Assembly: GCA_017635465.1 (NCBI GenBank)
Contig: JAGBLL010000110.1
Coordinates: forward strand, 4,908-68,907
Source of the DNA: Bacilli bacterium
GTDB taxonomy: Bacteria > Bacillota_I > Bacilli_A > RFN20 > CAG-826
Reading direction: 5' to 3'
DNA length: 64,000 nt
Each line of letters begins with the position of its first letter. Position 1 is the stretch's first letter. Made by a program: the position numbers and the translations under genes. The notes below the pieces were generated by a model, which saw only the letters and a list, made by a program, of their open reading frames with translations, was not told the DNA's origin and searched no databases. Positions 24,759 to 33,000 of the stretch are shown one piece after another.

Positions 24759-24786
24759 TTGTCTAATTAACGAATTATTGTATAAT
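24759..24786 (+). promoter_or_regulatory. putative sigma-A promoter for tRNA-Ala
   Basis: TTGTCT (24759-24764), 16-nt spacer, TATAAT (24781-24786). About 15 nt upstream of the tRNA 5' end. Confidence 0.5.
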
Positions 24787-24800
24787 AAATATCGCACTGT

Positions 24801-24876
24801 GGGTCCGTAGCTCACCTGGGAGAGCGCCTCCATGGCATGGAGGAGGTAGCGAGTTCGATCCTCGTCGGATCCACCA
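24801..24876 (+). tRNA. tRNA-Ala (anticodon GGC)
   Basis: Acceptor GGGTCCG/CGGATCC with the G3:U70 identity pair. Anticodon loop ATGGCAT, encoded CCA. Confidence 0.9.
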
Positions 24877-24920
24877 TAAATGCCCGCTACTCGATAATTA
24901 TATGTCGGGTTAAGATAGTA

Positions 24921-24950
24921 AAAATCCTGAGTTGAATCAGGATTTTTTCT
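24921..24950. terminator. bidirectional terminator (TCCTGA/TCAGGA hairpin family)
   Basis: aaaatcctga-gttgaa-tcaggatttt. The right arm contains the stop codon of the minus-strand gene 24937..25416. Confidence 0.65.
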
Positions 24951-25416
24951 TTCTAGAAGATTGTTTGTAGTCGAGATATTTCAAAAACACTTCTTCAACA
25001 TCTGCGTCGCTTATCTCATAATCATCAGGCTTATGGCAAATCCACGCATAATACCAAGTGATGGCTCTAACAAATGAGTATATAACATCTTCAATGTTGC
25101 AATGTTCTGTTCTAACTGGCAAATATATTATAGGAAGCTTGTCTTGCTTATTAAAATTCGGATACTCATTAATACTTTCATAATGGAATAAATAATAAGC
25201 ATGTTTATGATTCCTTTGTAATAGAAAATGATTGTAACAAAAGTCCACCTGCAATTCTACAGGGATGGGATAGTTTACTTGAACCCATTTCATAAAAGCA
25301 CGAATCTCTCTTTTTGTTGATCGTGATATTCTTTCATCAAACCAACAATCAAAACCAGGCTTAATGCCTTTTCCGATGCTTAGTTTGACTTGTTTTGCTT
25401 CTTCCCAAACATTCAT
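24937..25416 (-). CDS. hypothetical protein (159 aa), first gene of the accessory block
   Basis: Clean ORF with no motif I can place. Trp/Tyr/His-rich soluble protein. Confidence 0.45.
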   Translation of the reverse strand: MNVWEEAKQVKLSIGKGIKPGFDCWFDERISRSTKREIRAFMKWVQVNYPIPVELQVDFCYNHFLLQRNHKHAYYLFHYESINEYPNFNKQDKLPIIYLPVRTEHCNIEDVIYSFVRAITWYYAWICHKPDDYEISDADVEEVFLKYLDYKQSSRKKKS

Positions 25417-25613
25417 TTTGATGTCCTTTTTTCAATTATAACAAACTCTGATGTTTTTCGTGTTATCAAAGAACAAAACAAAGTTTCAAATGCGAATTGT
25501 TTTGTAATTTTTAAGTTGTATTCAAAGGGCAATAACAGTGGGAATATTTCACACCTGTGCTATGAAGTGTTTAAAATTGAACATTTCCTAGTTTCTTTTA
25601 ATAATTCTTCCAA

Positions 25614-25641
25614 TTGAAATATGGTATAAATATGGTATAAT
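25614..25641 (+). promoter_or_regulatory. phd/parE promoter with tandem 11-nt repeat in the spacer
   Basis: TTGAAA (25614-25619), 16-nt spacer, TATAAT (25636-25641). atatggtataa is repeated in tandem at 25619-25629 and 25630-25640. Confidence 0.5.
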
Positions 25642-25670
25642 AAAGCCATAATAAAGTAGAGGATTAGTTT

Positions 25671-25946
25671 ATGACACAAGCGTTACCAAAGGTACTACCA
25701 GTTAATGAACTTAAGAATACAGCCAATATAATGAAAACATGCCAAGAAAGCCCAGTTCCTATTGTTATTACTAGAAACGGTTATGGAGAAGCTGTCATGA
25801 TGAGCATTGCTCTTTATGAAGAATTGTTCGCTAAGGTTCAAGCAGCCACTTTAATCAATGAAGGAATTGATGAAATCGAAAAAGGCGCTAAAGGTATGGA
25901 CGGTGATGAATTCTTTAATCGCATGAACAAAAAGTATGGAAAGTAA
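25671..25946 (+). CDS. type II antitoxin, Phd/YefM family
   Basis: 91 aa with the PVPIVITRNGYGEAVMMS..YEEL pattern. Overlaps the toxin start by 11 nt. Confidence 0.8.
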   Translation: MTQALPKVLPVNELKNTANIMKTCQESPVPIVITRNGYGEAVMMSIALYEELFAKVQAATLINEGIDEIEKGAKGMDGDEFFNRMNKKYGK

Positions 25947-26247
25947 ATATACTTTAAATATTTATCCTTCTACACAACTAGATTTGGATAAAATCTTTGC
26001 TTACATTTATAACGATTTATCAAATCCAAAAGCTGCCATTGATTTAATTGATACTTTTCGTATATCTTTTAATAATCTACGTTATTTTCCTGAGAGCAAT
26101 CCATTAGTTAATAACGAATATGTAAAAGATAAGTCGCTGCGTAAGCTTCTTGTTAAAAACTACATTGCCTTTTATCGTATTAGAGGCTACGAAATTCAAA
26201 TCGTCAGAGTTCTTTATGGAATGAGCAATTATCAAATGCTTCTCTAG
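25936..26247 (+). CDS. type II toxin, RelE/ParE family
   Basis: 103 aa. ParE-like architecture (..FPESNP..., IAFYRI...I.IVRVLYG). Confidence 0.8.
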   Translation: MESKYTLNIYPSTQLDLDKIFAYIYNDLSNPKAAIDLIDTFRISFNNLRYFPESNPLVNNEYVKDKSLRKLLVKNYIAFYRIRGYEIQIVRVLYGMSNYQMLL

Positions 26248-26464
26248 CTATTGTTATACATTTATCAAACAATCAATCAAAGTTTAAAGACTGTATTTTC
26301 AAGGATCTATTAGTGATATTCAAAACTCATTAGTGGTAGATGTTTTCTTCTAAATAATATCTAAGGGATTTAAAAACTTAAGGTGCCAAAATGTAACCTT
26401 GGCCTGTGGCACTTCTGTGACAAATGCCATGTTAATATACAAGCAACAAAGGAGAACTTTGATA

Positions 26465-26746
26465 ATGAAAGAAGAACTATTAAAAGGTTTAACTAAAGAA
26501 CAAATCGAAAAAGTTAAAGCCTGTAAAAGCCAAGAAGAAATTTTAGATTTAGCAAGAAAAGAAGGCATTGAACTCACCGATGAACAATTAGAAGCGGCCA
26601 ATGGTGGTTTTTGTTCAGTTGATGAAACAAGATGCCCAAACTGTGGTAGTAAATATGTTAATAGACTTGGCGTTTATGATGGCTGGGCCTATGACTGTCG
26701 AGAATGCTATTATCATTGGATCGTCAAAACAAACACCGATAATTAA
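26465..26746 (+). CDS. Nif11-like double-glycine leader peptide with Cys-rich (Zn-ribbon-like) core
   Basis: SD aaaggag at 26449-26455, ATG at 26465. Leader MKEELLKGLTKEQIEKVKACKSQEEILDLARKEGIELTDEQLEAANGG. The 45-aa core carries CPNC...CREC plus one extra Cys. Confidence 0.7.
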   Translation: MKEELLKGLTKEQIEKVKACKSQEEILDLARKEGIELTDEQLEAANGGFCSVDETRCPNCGSKYVNRLGVYDGWAYDCRECYYHWIVKTNTDN

Positions 26747-26833
26747 TTATTTTGATTCATTAAAAACTTATAGAGTTCAAGACTCTATCTAGTTTGATGG
26801 TGGCTAATCTTTATAGATATTAAATTGCAAATT

Positions 26834-26860
26834 AATCCTGAATAGCATCAGGATTTTTTT
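26834..26860 (+). terminator. intrinsic terminator (TCCTGA/TCAGGA hairpin family)
   Basis: aatcctga-atagca-tcaggatt followed by ttttt. Confidence 0.7.
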
Positions 26861-26921
26861 GTATAATTGTTCTAAGAAAAAATATTTTTATACATTTTTG
26901 ATTTTATAACCGTCTTTACTT

Positions 26922-27437
26922 ATGAAAGCTGCTTTCAAAATGAATGTGACCATCAAGACTGCCAAACTGTTTCTTCAAGGCGACGAAGAAGCAATCTCTA
27001 GTGTATATCGAAGTTATCGCTCATTGCTTTACTTCATTATCGCTACTTATCTAAATCAAAAAGAAGATTGCGATGACGTCTACCAAAATGTATTTGTAAA
27101 AATACTCGATAGAAGAAATGGAGTTAAAGATCCTTCTTCCTTGCATTCCTACTTGTGCACAATGGCGAAAAACGAAGCGATTGATTACGCTAAAAAACGC
27201 TCTCGCGAACATGGTAGTGATGTCTTAGAAGATATGTGCGCGGATAACCAAGTAACGCAATTAGATTACTTCCTTCCTTACGATTTAACTAAGGAAGAGA
27301 AAATGATTGTCGGTTATCGGTTAACATTCGGTCTATCTTGGCAAGAAATTAATGAGCTAACAGGTATACCACTTGGCACTCTCAAATACCGTTATTCTCA
27401 AGCTATTGATAAAGTCAAAAGGAGTTTAAAAAGATGA
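26922..27437 (+). CDS. ECF-like sigma-70 family RNA polymerase sigma factor
   Basis: Region 2 (DDVYQNVFVKIL...MAKNEAIDYAKKR) and region 4 HTH (LSWQEINELTGIPLGTLKYRYSQA) only. The start could instead be the ATG at 26940. Confidence 0.85.
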   Translation: MKAAFKMNVTIKTAKLFLQGDEEAISSVYRSYRSLLYFIIATYLNQKEDCDDVYQNVFVKILDRRNGVKDPSSLHSYLCTMAKNEAIDYAKKRSREHGSDVLEDMCADNQVTQLDYFLPYDLTKEEKMIVGYRLTFGLSWQEINELTGIPLGTLKYRYSQAIDKVKRSLKR

Positions 27438-29275
27438 AAAGAATTGAAAAAGAAATCAAAAAGAACAGTACGAAACTTATTGAATCATCATTACCAGAAA
27501 TCAGTTCTTTAGATAATATTCCTACAAAAGTTAAAAAGAATAATCGTCTACCTTTATTCTTTATTCCTGCTGGAGCTCTTGCTTTAGCAGCAGTGGCAAT
27601 CATGATTCCTTTACTCATGAAACAAGTAGTGCCAGCGCAGTTACCATCCTCACCAGCATCAAATAATTACTCTTCAATCAATTATTACAATAGCAATAAC
27701 GTTGTTAATAGCAATAATACTGGTGACAGTGTTCCTCAAAATCCTCAAACTAATCACACATACCATTTTGATTTTGCTAATTACAAACCAACATTTAGTG
27801 ATTTTAACGAAATCGCATATTATTCCTATATTGCTTATCAAGGCAATCAAAACGTTTCACCACAAAAGCACAATAAAGCAATGCTTAACGATATAGCGGA
27901 AGAGCAAGAAGAGCATGTTAGTTCATCTTATATTGATGCTTATGGAAGAAAACATTATCCGCTTCCTCTAACAGATGAATACACATTCTCTAACTTTGTC
28001 TTTTTTGAATTCGATTCTGAAGGCTGTCATTTCTTAGAAGAAAGAATAGGCAATGGACACATCCATGGCCTAGCTCTTAAATTTAGCTATATGAATGAAA
28101 ATGTGCCAATCTTACAAAGTGAAGAAATGCTCATATTGAAAAACGAAGGTCGCTATTATTCTTGCTTATGCAATGGTGGTGGTAATAACGGACTTGACAA
28201 TAGAATGTTTATTCAATTCTCTGCTCATAAGGTAATTGAAGGTTTTGATATTGTTAAAGACGCCACCAATAAAAGATATATCGAATTAGGCTTTGAAACT
28301 TTTAACGACTACGAATCACTAGATAGTATCACTATTGAAGGATCATCATATCCTATTATTGCGGAATCAGTTCATTATGATAACGTATCAGTTACCTGTT
28401 CTTTCGAGGATTTAAAGGAACAATTAGAACTAAATCCTGAATATAAAGCCGCTGATGGCTATGGTGGTGTTGATGTCCTTGTTTATGATGCTGAGCACCC
28501 AGAGAGTAACAGCTTCACATTAGATGAATTTGAAGGCACATTCAGTGTTAATGGAAACACAATTACTTTGAACAATGAGGAAGTTGTTTCCATTAATGGA
28601 ATTACAAAAGTTTATGCTTCTGAAATCAATAAAGATTCACATCGTGATTTAGTCTTTGAAACAGTTAATAATACAATCCGCTCTATCAATGTCTTTGATA
28701 TTTATAATAAGAAACTAATCTATCAAGAATCCAATAATGCCATCGATAGATATGGCGATCATTATCTTGACATGATGAATGGCCGTTTAGTTATTAAATT
28801 ACTTGAATATGGCATGACTGATGATCGCTATTTGATTGATTATGGTTACTTCTCATACTATGGAATTAAACAGCTCACTATTGTTTATCAAAACTATTTT
28901 GAACTCACAGAAATGAGAGCCCACCGTGTCCTTGAAAATGATAATGAAACGCTAGTGCCATTTATCGATACTCATTATCGTTTCAATAGCAACACTCCAT
29001 ATATTCTTGAAATTAAGATGAATAAATATCCTGGTAATAAAAATCCTAATTATCCAAGCATTGGTGATCATCAAATTGTTTGTAAACCATTTGCGGAAGT
29101 TGAAGATATGCCAAATATGTCTCCTGAATTTACTTTCTTATCAATGGAAAATGGTATCTACCGTTATCAAATTAAGTTCCAAGAAAAAGGATATTCATAT
29201 TACACATTCTCTTTCTACCGTTTCAGCTTTGATTTAAGAGTGGCAGTGGATGAACCTGTTACGGTTGAACAGTAA
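27434..29275 (+). CDS. putative anti-sigma / sensor membrane protein with a large novel extracytoplasmic domain
   Basis: ATGA overlap with the sigma stop. About 38-aa cytoplasmic N-terminus, one TM helix (about 27551-27620), an N/S-rich linker, then about 500 aa with no motif I recognise. Confidence 0.45.
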   Translation: MKRIEKEIKKNSTKLIESSLPEISSLDNIPTKVKKNNRLPLFFIPAGALALAAVAIMIPLLMKQVVPAQLPSSPASNNYSSINYYNSNNVVNSNNTGDSVPQNPQTNHTYHFDFANYKPTFSDFNEIAYYSYIAYQGNQNVSPQKHNKAMLNDIAEEQEEHVSSSYIDAYGRKHYPLPLTDEYTFSNFVFFEFDSEGCHFLEERIGNGHIHGLALKFSYMNENVPILQSEEMLILKNEGRYYSCLCNGGGNNGLDNRMFIQFSAHKVIEGFDIVKDATNKRYIELGFETFNDYESLDSITIEGSSYPIIAESVHYDNVSVTCSFEDLKEQLELNPEYKAADGYGGVDVLVYDAEHPESNSFTLDEFEGTFSVNGNTITLNNEEVVSINGITKVYASEINKDSHRDLVFETVNNTIRSINVFDIYNKKLIYQESNNAIDRYGDHYLDMMNGRLVIKLLEYGMTDDRYLIDYGYFSYYGIKQLTIVYQNYFELTEMRAHRVLENDNETLVPFIDTHYRFNSNTPYILEIKMNKYPGNKNPNYPSIGDHQIVCKPFAEVEDMPNMSPEFTFLSMENGIYRYQIKFQEKGYSYYTFSFYRFSFDLRVAVDEPVTVEQ

Positions 29276-29428
29276 GTAACTATACAGAATTATAAGGGCA
29301 AATTTCCGCCCCTTTTGTTTATGTAAAGAATAAACAAGTTAGTTTTACTAAATATCGATATATCAATTAAGAAAAAATACTTTTTTCACTATGAAATATA
29401 CTTATGCATGCGCTAAAATAATTTTAAA

Positions 29429-30019
29429 GTGAATTTGAAAGTTTATTTACTGGATTATCGAGCCCTCCCTTTATCTTTTCTTATGGATTCTAAATATCTA
29501 TCAGAACTAGAAAAGATATCATTTCAAAAATATAAAAACGAAAACGTTAAAAAAGAAAAAATAGTGTCCGCTATTTTGAAAAATAAATATATTGGTGATT
29601 ACCATTTCAACGAATACGGTAAACCAATAAGCAATAATAAATATTTCAATATCAGCCATAGTGATGGTTATATTGCTTTAGTTATTGATCAAGTGCCTGT
29701 GGGCATTGATATTGAAAATATTAGAAATGCTGAAGAAGATTTAAGAAACTATATTTCTAATGACGAAGAAAAGAAATACATCCATGATGATGAATCTTTC
29801 TTTGAAGTATGGACTAATAAAGAAGCATTAGTAAAGGCTAATGGAAATGGTATTAATCAAAAGATTAAAACTATTCAATCATTACCACTTAACGCTATTA
29901 GAACATACAACAACAAAACATATTTTAATAAAACAATCAAATATCAGAATTTAGTCATCACTGTATCAAGGGCAAGTAGTGATGATTTTAATATTAATAT
30001 CATGGAGGAGTATATTTAA
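29429..30019 (+). CDS. Sfp-type 4'-phosphopantetheinyl transferase
   Basis: FNISHSDGY, GIDIE and W.NKEALVKA motifs. GTG (29429) or TTG (29435) start. Stop lies 1 nt before the NRPS ATG. Confidence 0.85.
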   Translation: MNLKVYLLDYRALPLSFLMDSKYLSELEKISFQKYKNENVKKEKIVSAILKNKYIGDYHFNEYGKPISNNKYFNISHSDGYIALVIDQVPVGIDIENIRNAEEDLRNYISNDEEKKYIHDDESFFEVWTNKEALVKANGNGINQKIKTIQSLPLNAIRTYNNKTYFNKTIKYQNLVITVSRASSDDFNINIMEEYI

Positions 30020-30020
30020 T

Positions 30021-33000
30021 ATGGTCAAAACATACCCTTTAAGTAAGAGTGAAGAAGGTATTTATATCTCTTCATTAGCGGGTGGCGACGCTTATAATCT
30101 CGCTCATTTAGTGTCATTAGGGAGAGACGTTACAAAAGAGCAAGTTGAAGCTGCTTTAAACAAAGTGGTGGAAGCCCATCCTTATATTTTTACTGTTCTT
30201 TCTAATGATGAAAACGGTAACGTTGTTAAAAGCATTAAACAACAAAAGATTGTTCTTGAATGTGAAGAAGTTAAAGAACTTAACATCGTTTCTAAACCAT
30301 ATCAATTATTGGATTCACCTTTATATCGCTTCAAACTTTATAAAGTGAAAGATGAATATGTTTTCTATTTTGATTTTTATCATCTCATCATGGATGGTAC
30401 ATCTATTAAAGTATTCATTGATGATTTCTTTTCTTCGCTTGAAGGTAAAAAATTAATCAAAGAACAAAGTGACGCGAATGAATATGCATTAAAGGAACAA
30501 AAAGATTTAGCGAAACCAATTTATCAAGAATGCAAAGACTACTATGAAAAACTAGTGGGCGATGTGGAAACTGATTCCTCCCTCGTCGAAGATAAAAAAG
30601 ACGAAACAGTTTCATATCAATCGTTCAAACAAAAATTATCAATTAAAAATAAACAGATTAAAGAAATCACTAATAAATTAGGCCTTAAAACATCTACTTA
30701 TTTCTTAGGTGCTTTCTCCTATTTATTAATGAAATTTAGCATGGATACTGCTTCTTTATTCTTAACAGTTAATAACGCTAGAACAAAAGAAGTAGCGAGA
30801 AGCTTTGGTAGCTTTGTTAAAACATATCCTTTATATGTTAATTTCGAAAATATCGATAATGTTCCTGACTTATTAAAATTGGTGAATGAAGAGAATATCG
30901 AAAACGTTAAACATAATACATATCCATATTCCTCATTAGTGAAAGACTTTGGTGTTTCTTCTGATGTCTTATTCGCTTATCAAGGTGACTATTTCTATAA
31001 TGGTTCATATAACGGCAAGCAAATTACTGTTGAACAACTTGATAGAAAAGATGGCAAAGAAAAACTCGCAATTGAATGTCACCGTTTAGGCGATGAATTC
31101 TTACTCTGGGTTGAATACCGCAGTGATATTTATTATGAAAGCACAATCCGTCATTTCATTAAGTTATTTGATATCGTCTTAAATGAATTCCTAGCGTTAG
31201 GAAAATTAGATGATATTAACTTTGTTAATAAAGAAGATTTAGAATTGATGGATTCTTTCAATATCACTGATCCTAAATATCTTGATACTTCAAAAACAAT
31301 ACTTGATGACTTTGAAGATTGCGTAAAGAAATTCCCAAATAATTACGCAGTTGTCTTTAAAGATAAAAAATACACATATAAAGAGGTGGATGAAATTACC
31401 ACAAGAATCGCTAATGAATTAATTAAGCATGGTGCGGGAAGAGAGAAAGTTGTCTCTATCTTAATTCATAAATCTGAATATGTTGTCCTCGCTTCTTTAG
31501 CGGTCATTAAATCTGGTTCTGCTTATCAACCACTTGATCCAACATATCCAGAAGATCGATTAAATTTCATGGTCAAAGACTCATCCGCGATTATCTTAAT
31601 TAGAGATGATGATTTAGGCGACCTAATCCATGAATTTAAAGGACATGAAATATTAACAAGTTCCTTATTATCTTTAAAAGATGATACCCCAATTAAAACT
31701 ATACCAGAATCTAAAGACTTATTCATTATGCTTTATACATCTGGCTCCACTGGTTTACCAAAAGGTGTCATGCTTGAACATGGCAATATCCATGCTTTCT
31801 GTATCTATCATAGAGAAATTCAAGAAATCGATGAAAATTCACATTGCAGTGCCTATGCTTCATATGGTTTTGACGCGGATATGATGGACTTATATCCCGC
31901 TTTAACAAGTGGTGCAACAGTTTATATCATTCCTGATGAAATGCGTTTAAACCTCGTTGAACTTGGTGAATATTTTAACGCTAATAACATCACTCACTCA
32001 TTTATTACTACCCAAGTCGGTAGACAATTCGCTAGTGAAATTGAATGTTCGTCACTCAAATATTTCGCTGTCGGTGGCGAAAAGCTCGTTCCAATTGAAC
32101 CTCCAAAAGGTTATAGATTCTTTAATATCTATGGTCCAACCGAAGGTACAGTTTATTGCACTAGCCAAGAAGTTGATAAATTATATTACCGTATTCCAAT
32201 TGGTAAACCGTTACCAACATACAAAATGTATGTTTTAGATAAGAATAAAAAGAGATTACCATTCTTATGTAATGGTGAACTCTATATCTCTGGTCCACAA
32301 GTGGCAAGAGGTTACTTAAATAGAGAAAAAGAAAATAAAGAAGCTTTCTTAACTAACCCATTCACCAAAGAAAAAGGCTACACCAATTTCTATAAAACAG
32401 GTGATATCGTGAGAATGCTTCCAGATGGCACAATTGACTTTATCGGCCGTAAAGATGGACAAGTCAAGATTAGAGGCTTCCGTATTGAATTATCAGAAGT
32501 CGAAGGTGTCATTAGAGAATTCCCTGGCATTAAAGACGCGACAATTAAGGATTTCACCGATCCAAGTGGTGTGAAATATATCGTTGCTTATATCGTTAGT
32601 GACAAACAAATCAATGTTGAAGAGCTAAATCAATATATCTTATCAAAGAAACCGCCTTATATGGTTCCTGCTTACACAATGCAAATTGATAAGATTCCAC
32701 TTAACCAAAACCAAAAAGTTAATAAACGCGCTTTACCACAAGTCGAACTTAAAGCGGAAGAAATCGTCCCACCAGAAGGTGAAGATGAACAAATTATCTT
32801 TGATATCTTAAAAGATGTTTTAGGTCATGACCAATTCGGTGTCACAAGTGATATTTATAACGTTGGTTTAACTTCCGTTTCTTCAATTAGATTTAGTATT
32901 CTCTTATCAAAGAAATTCAATAAACCTGTGGAAAACGAAGACCTAAAGTCACATCCAACAATCCGCTCCTTAGCGGCGTTCTTAAACGCTAAAGAAGGCG

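Noticed and set aside
25390-25617. 75-aa plus-strand ORF in the intergenic region before the Phd/ParE operon.
   Set aside because: It starts inside the oppositely oriented gene 24937..25416 and has no SD. Its sequence is hydrophobic and low-complexity, and it overlaps the mapped promoter. It is more likely non-coding promoter DNA.
26380-26430. Mutually exclusive short stems (GTGCCA/TGGCAC/TGCCA and AAGGT/ACCTT) upstream of the leader-peptide gene, suggestive of an attenuator or riboswitch.
   Set aside because: The stems are only 5-6 bp with no T-tract and match no known aptamer consensus. This is not distinguishable from chance by eye.
26601-26792. 63-aa ORF overlapping the 3' half of the leader-peptide gene in another frame.
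   Set aside because: No SD is present. The overlapping frame with the Nif11/GG leader is far better supported.
29979-30020. Upstream extension of the NRPS ORF (MMILILISWRSIFN) and the analogous extension of glyA to 61971.
   Set aside because: The extensions overlap the preceding genes and lack an SD. Internal ATGs at 30021 and 61914 have good SDs and give canonical N-termini.
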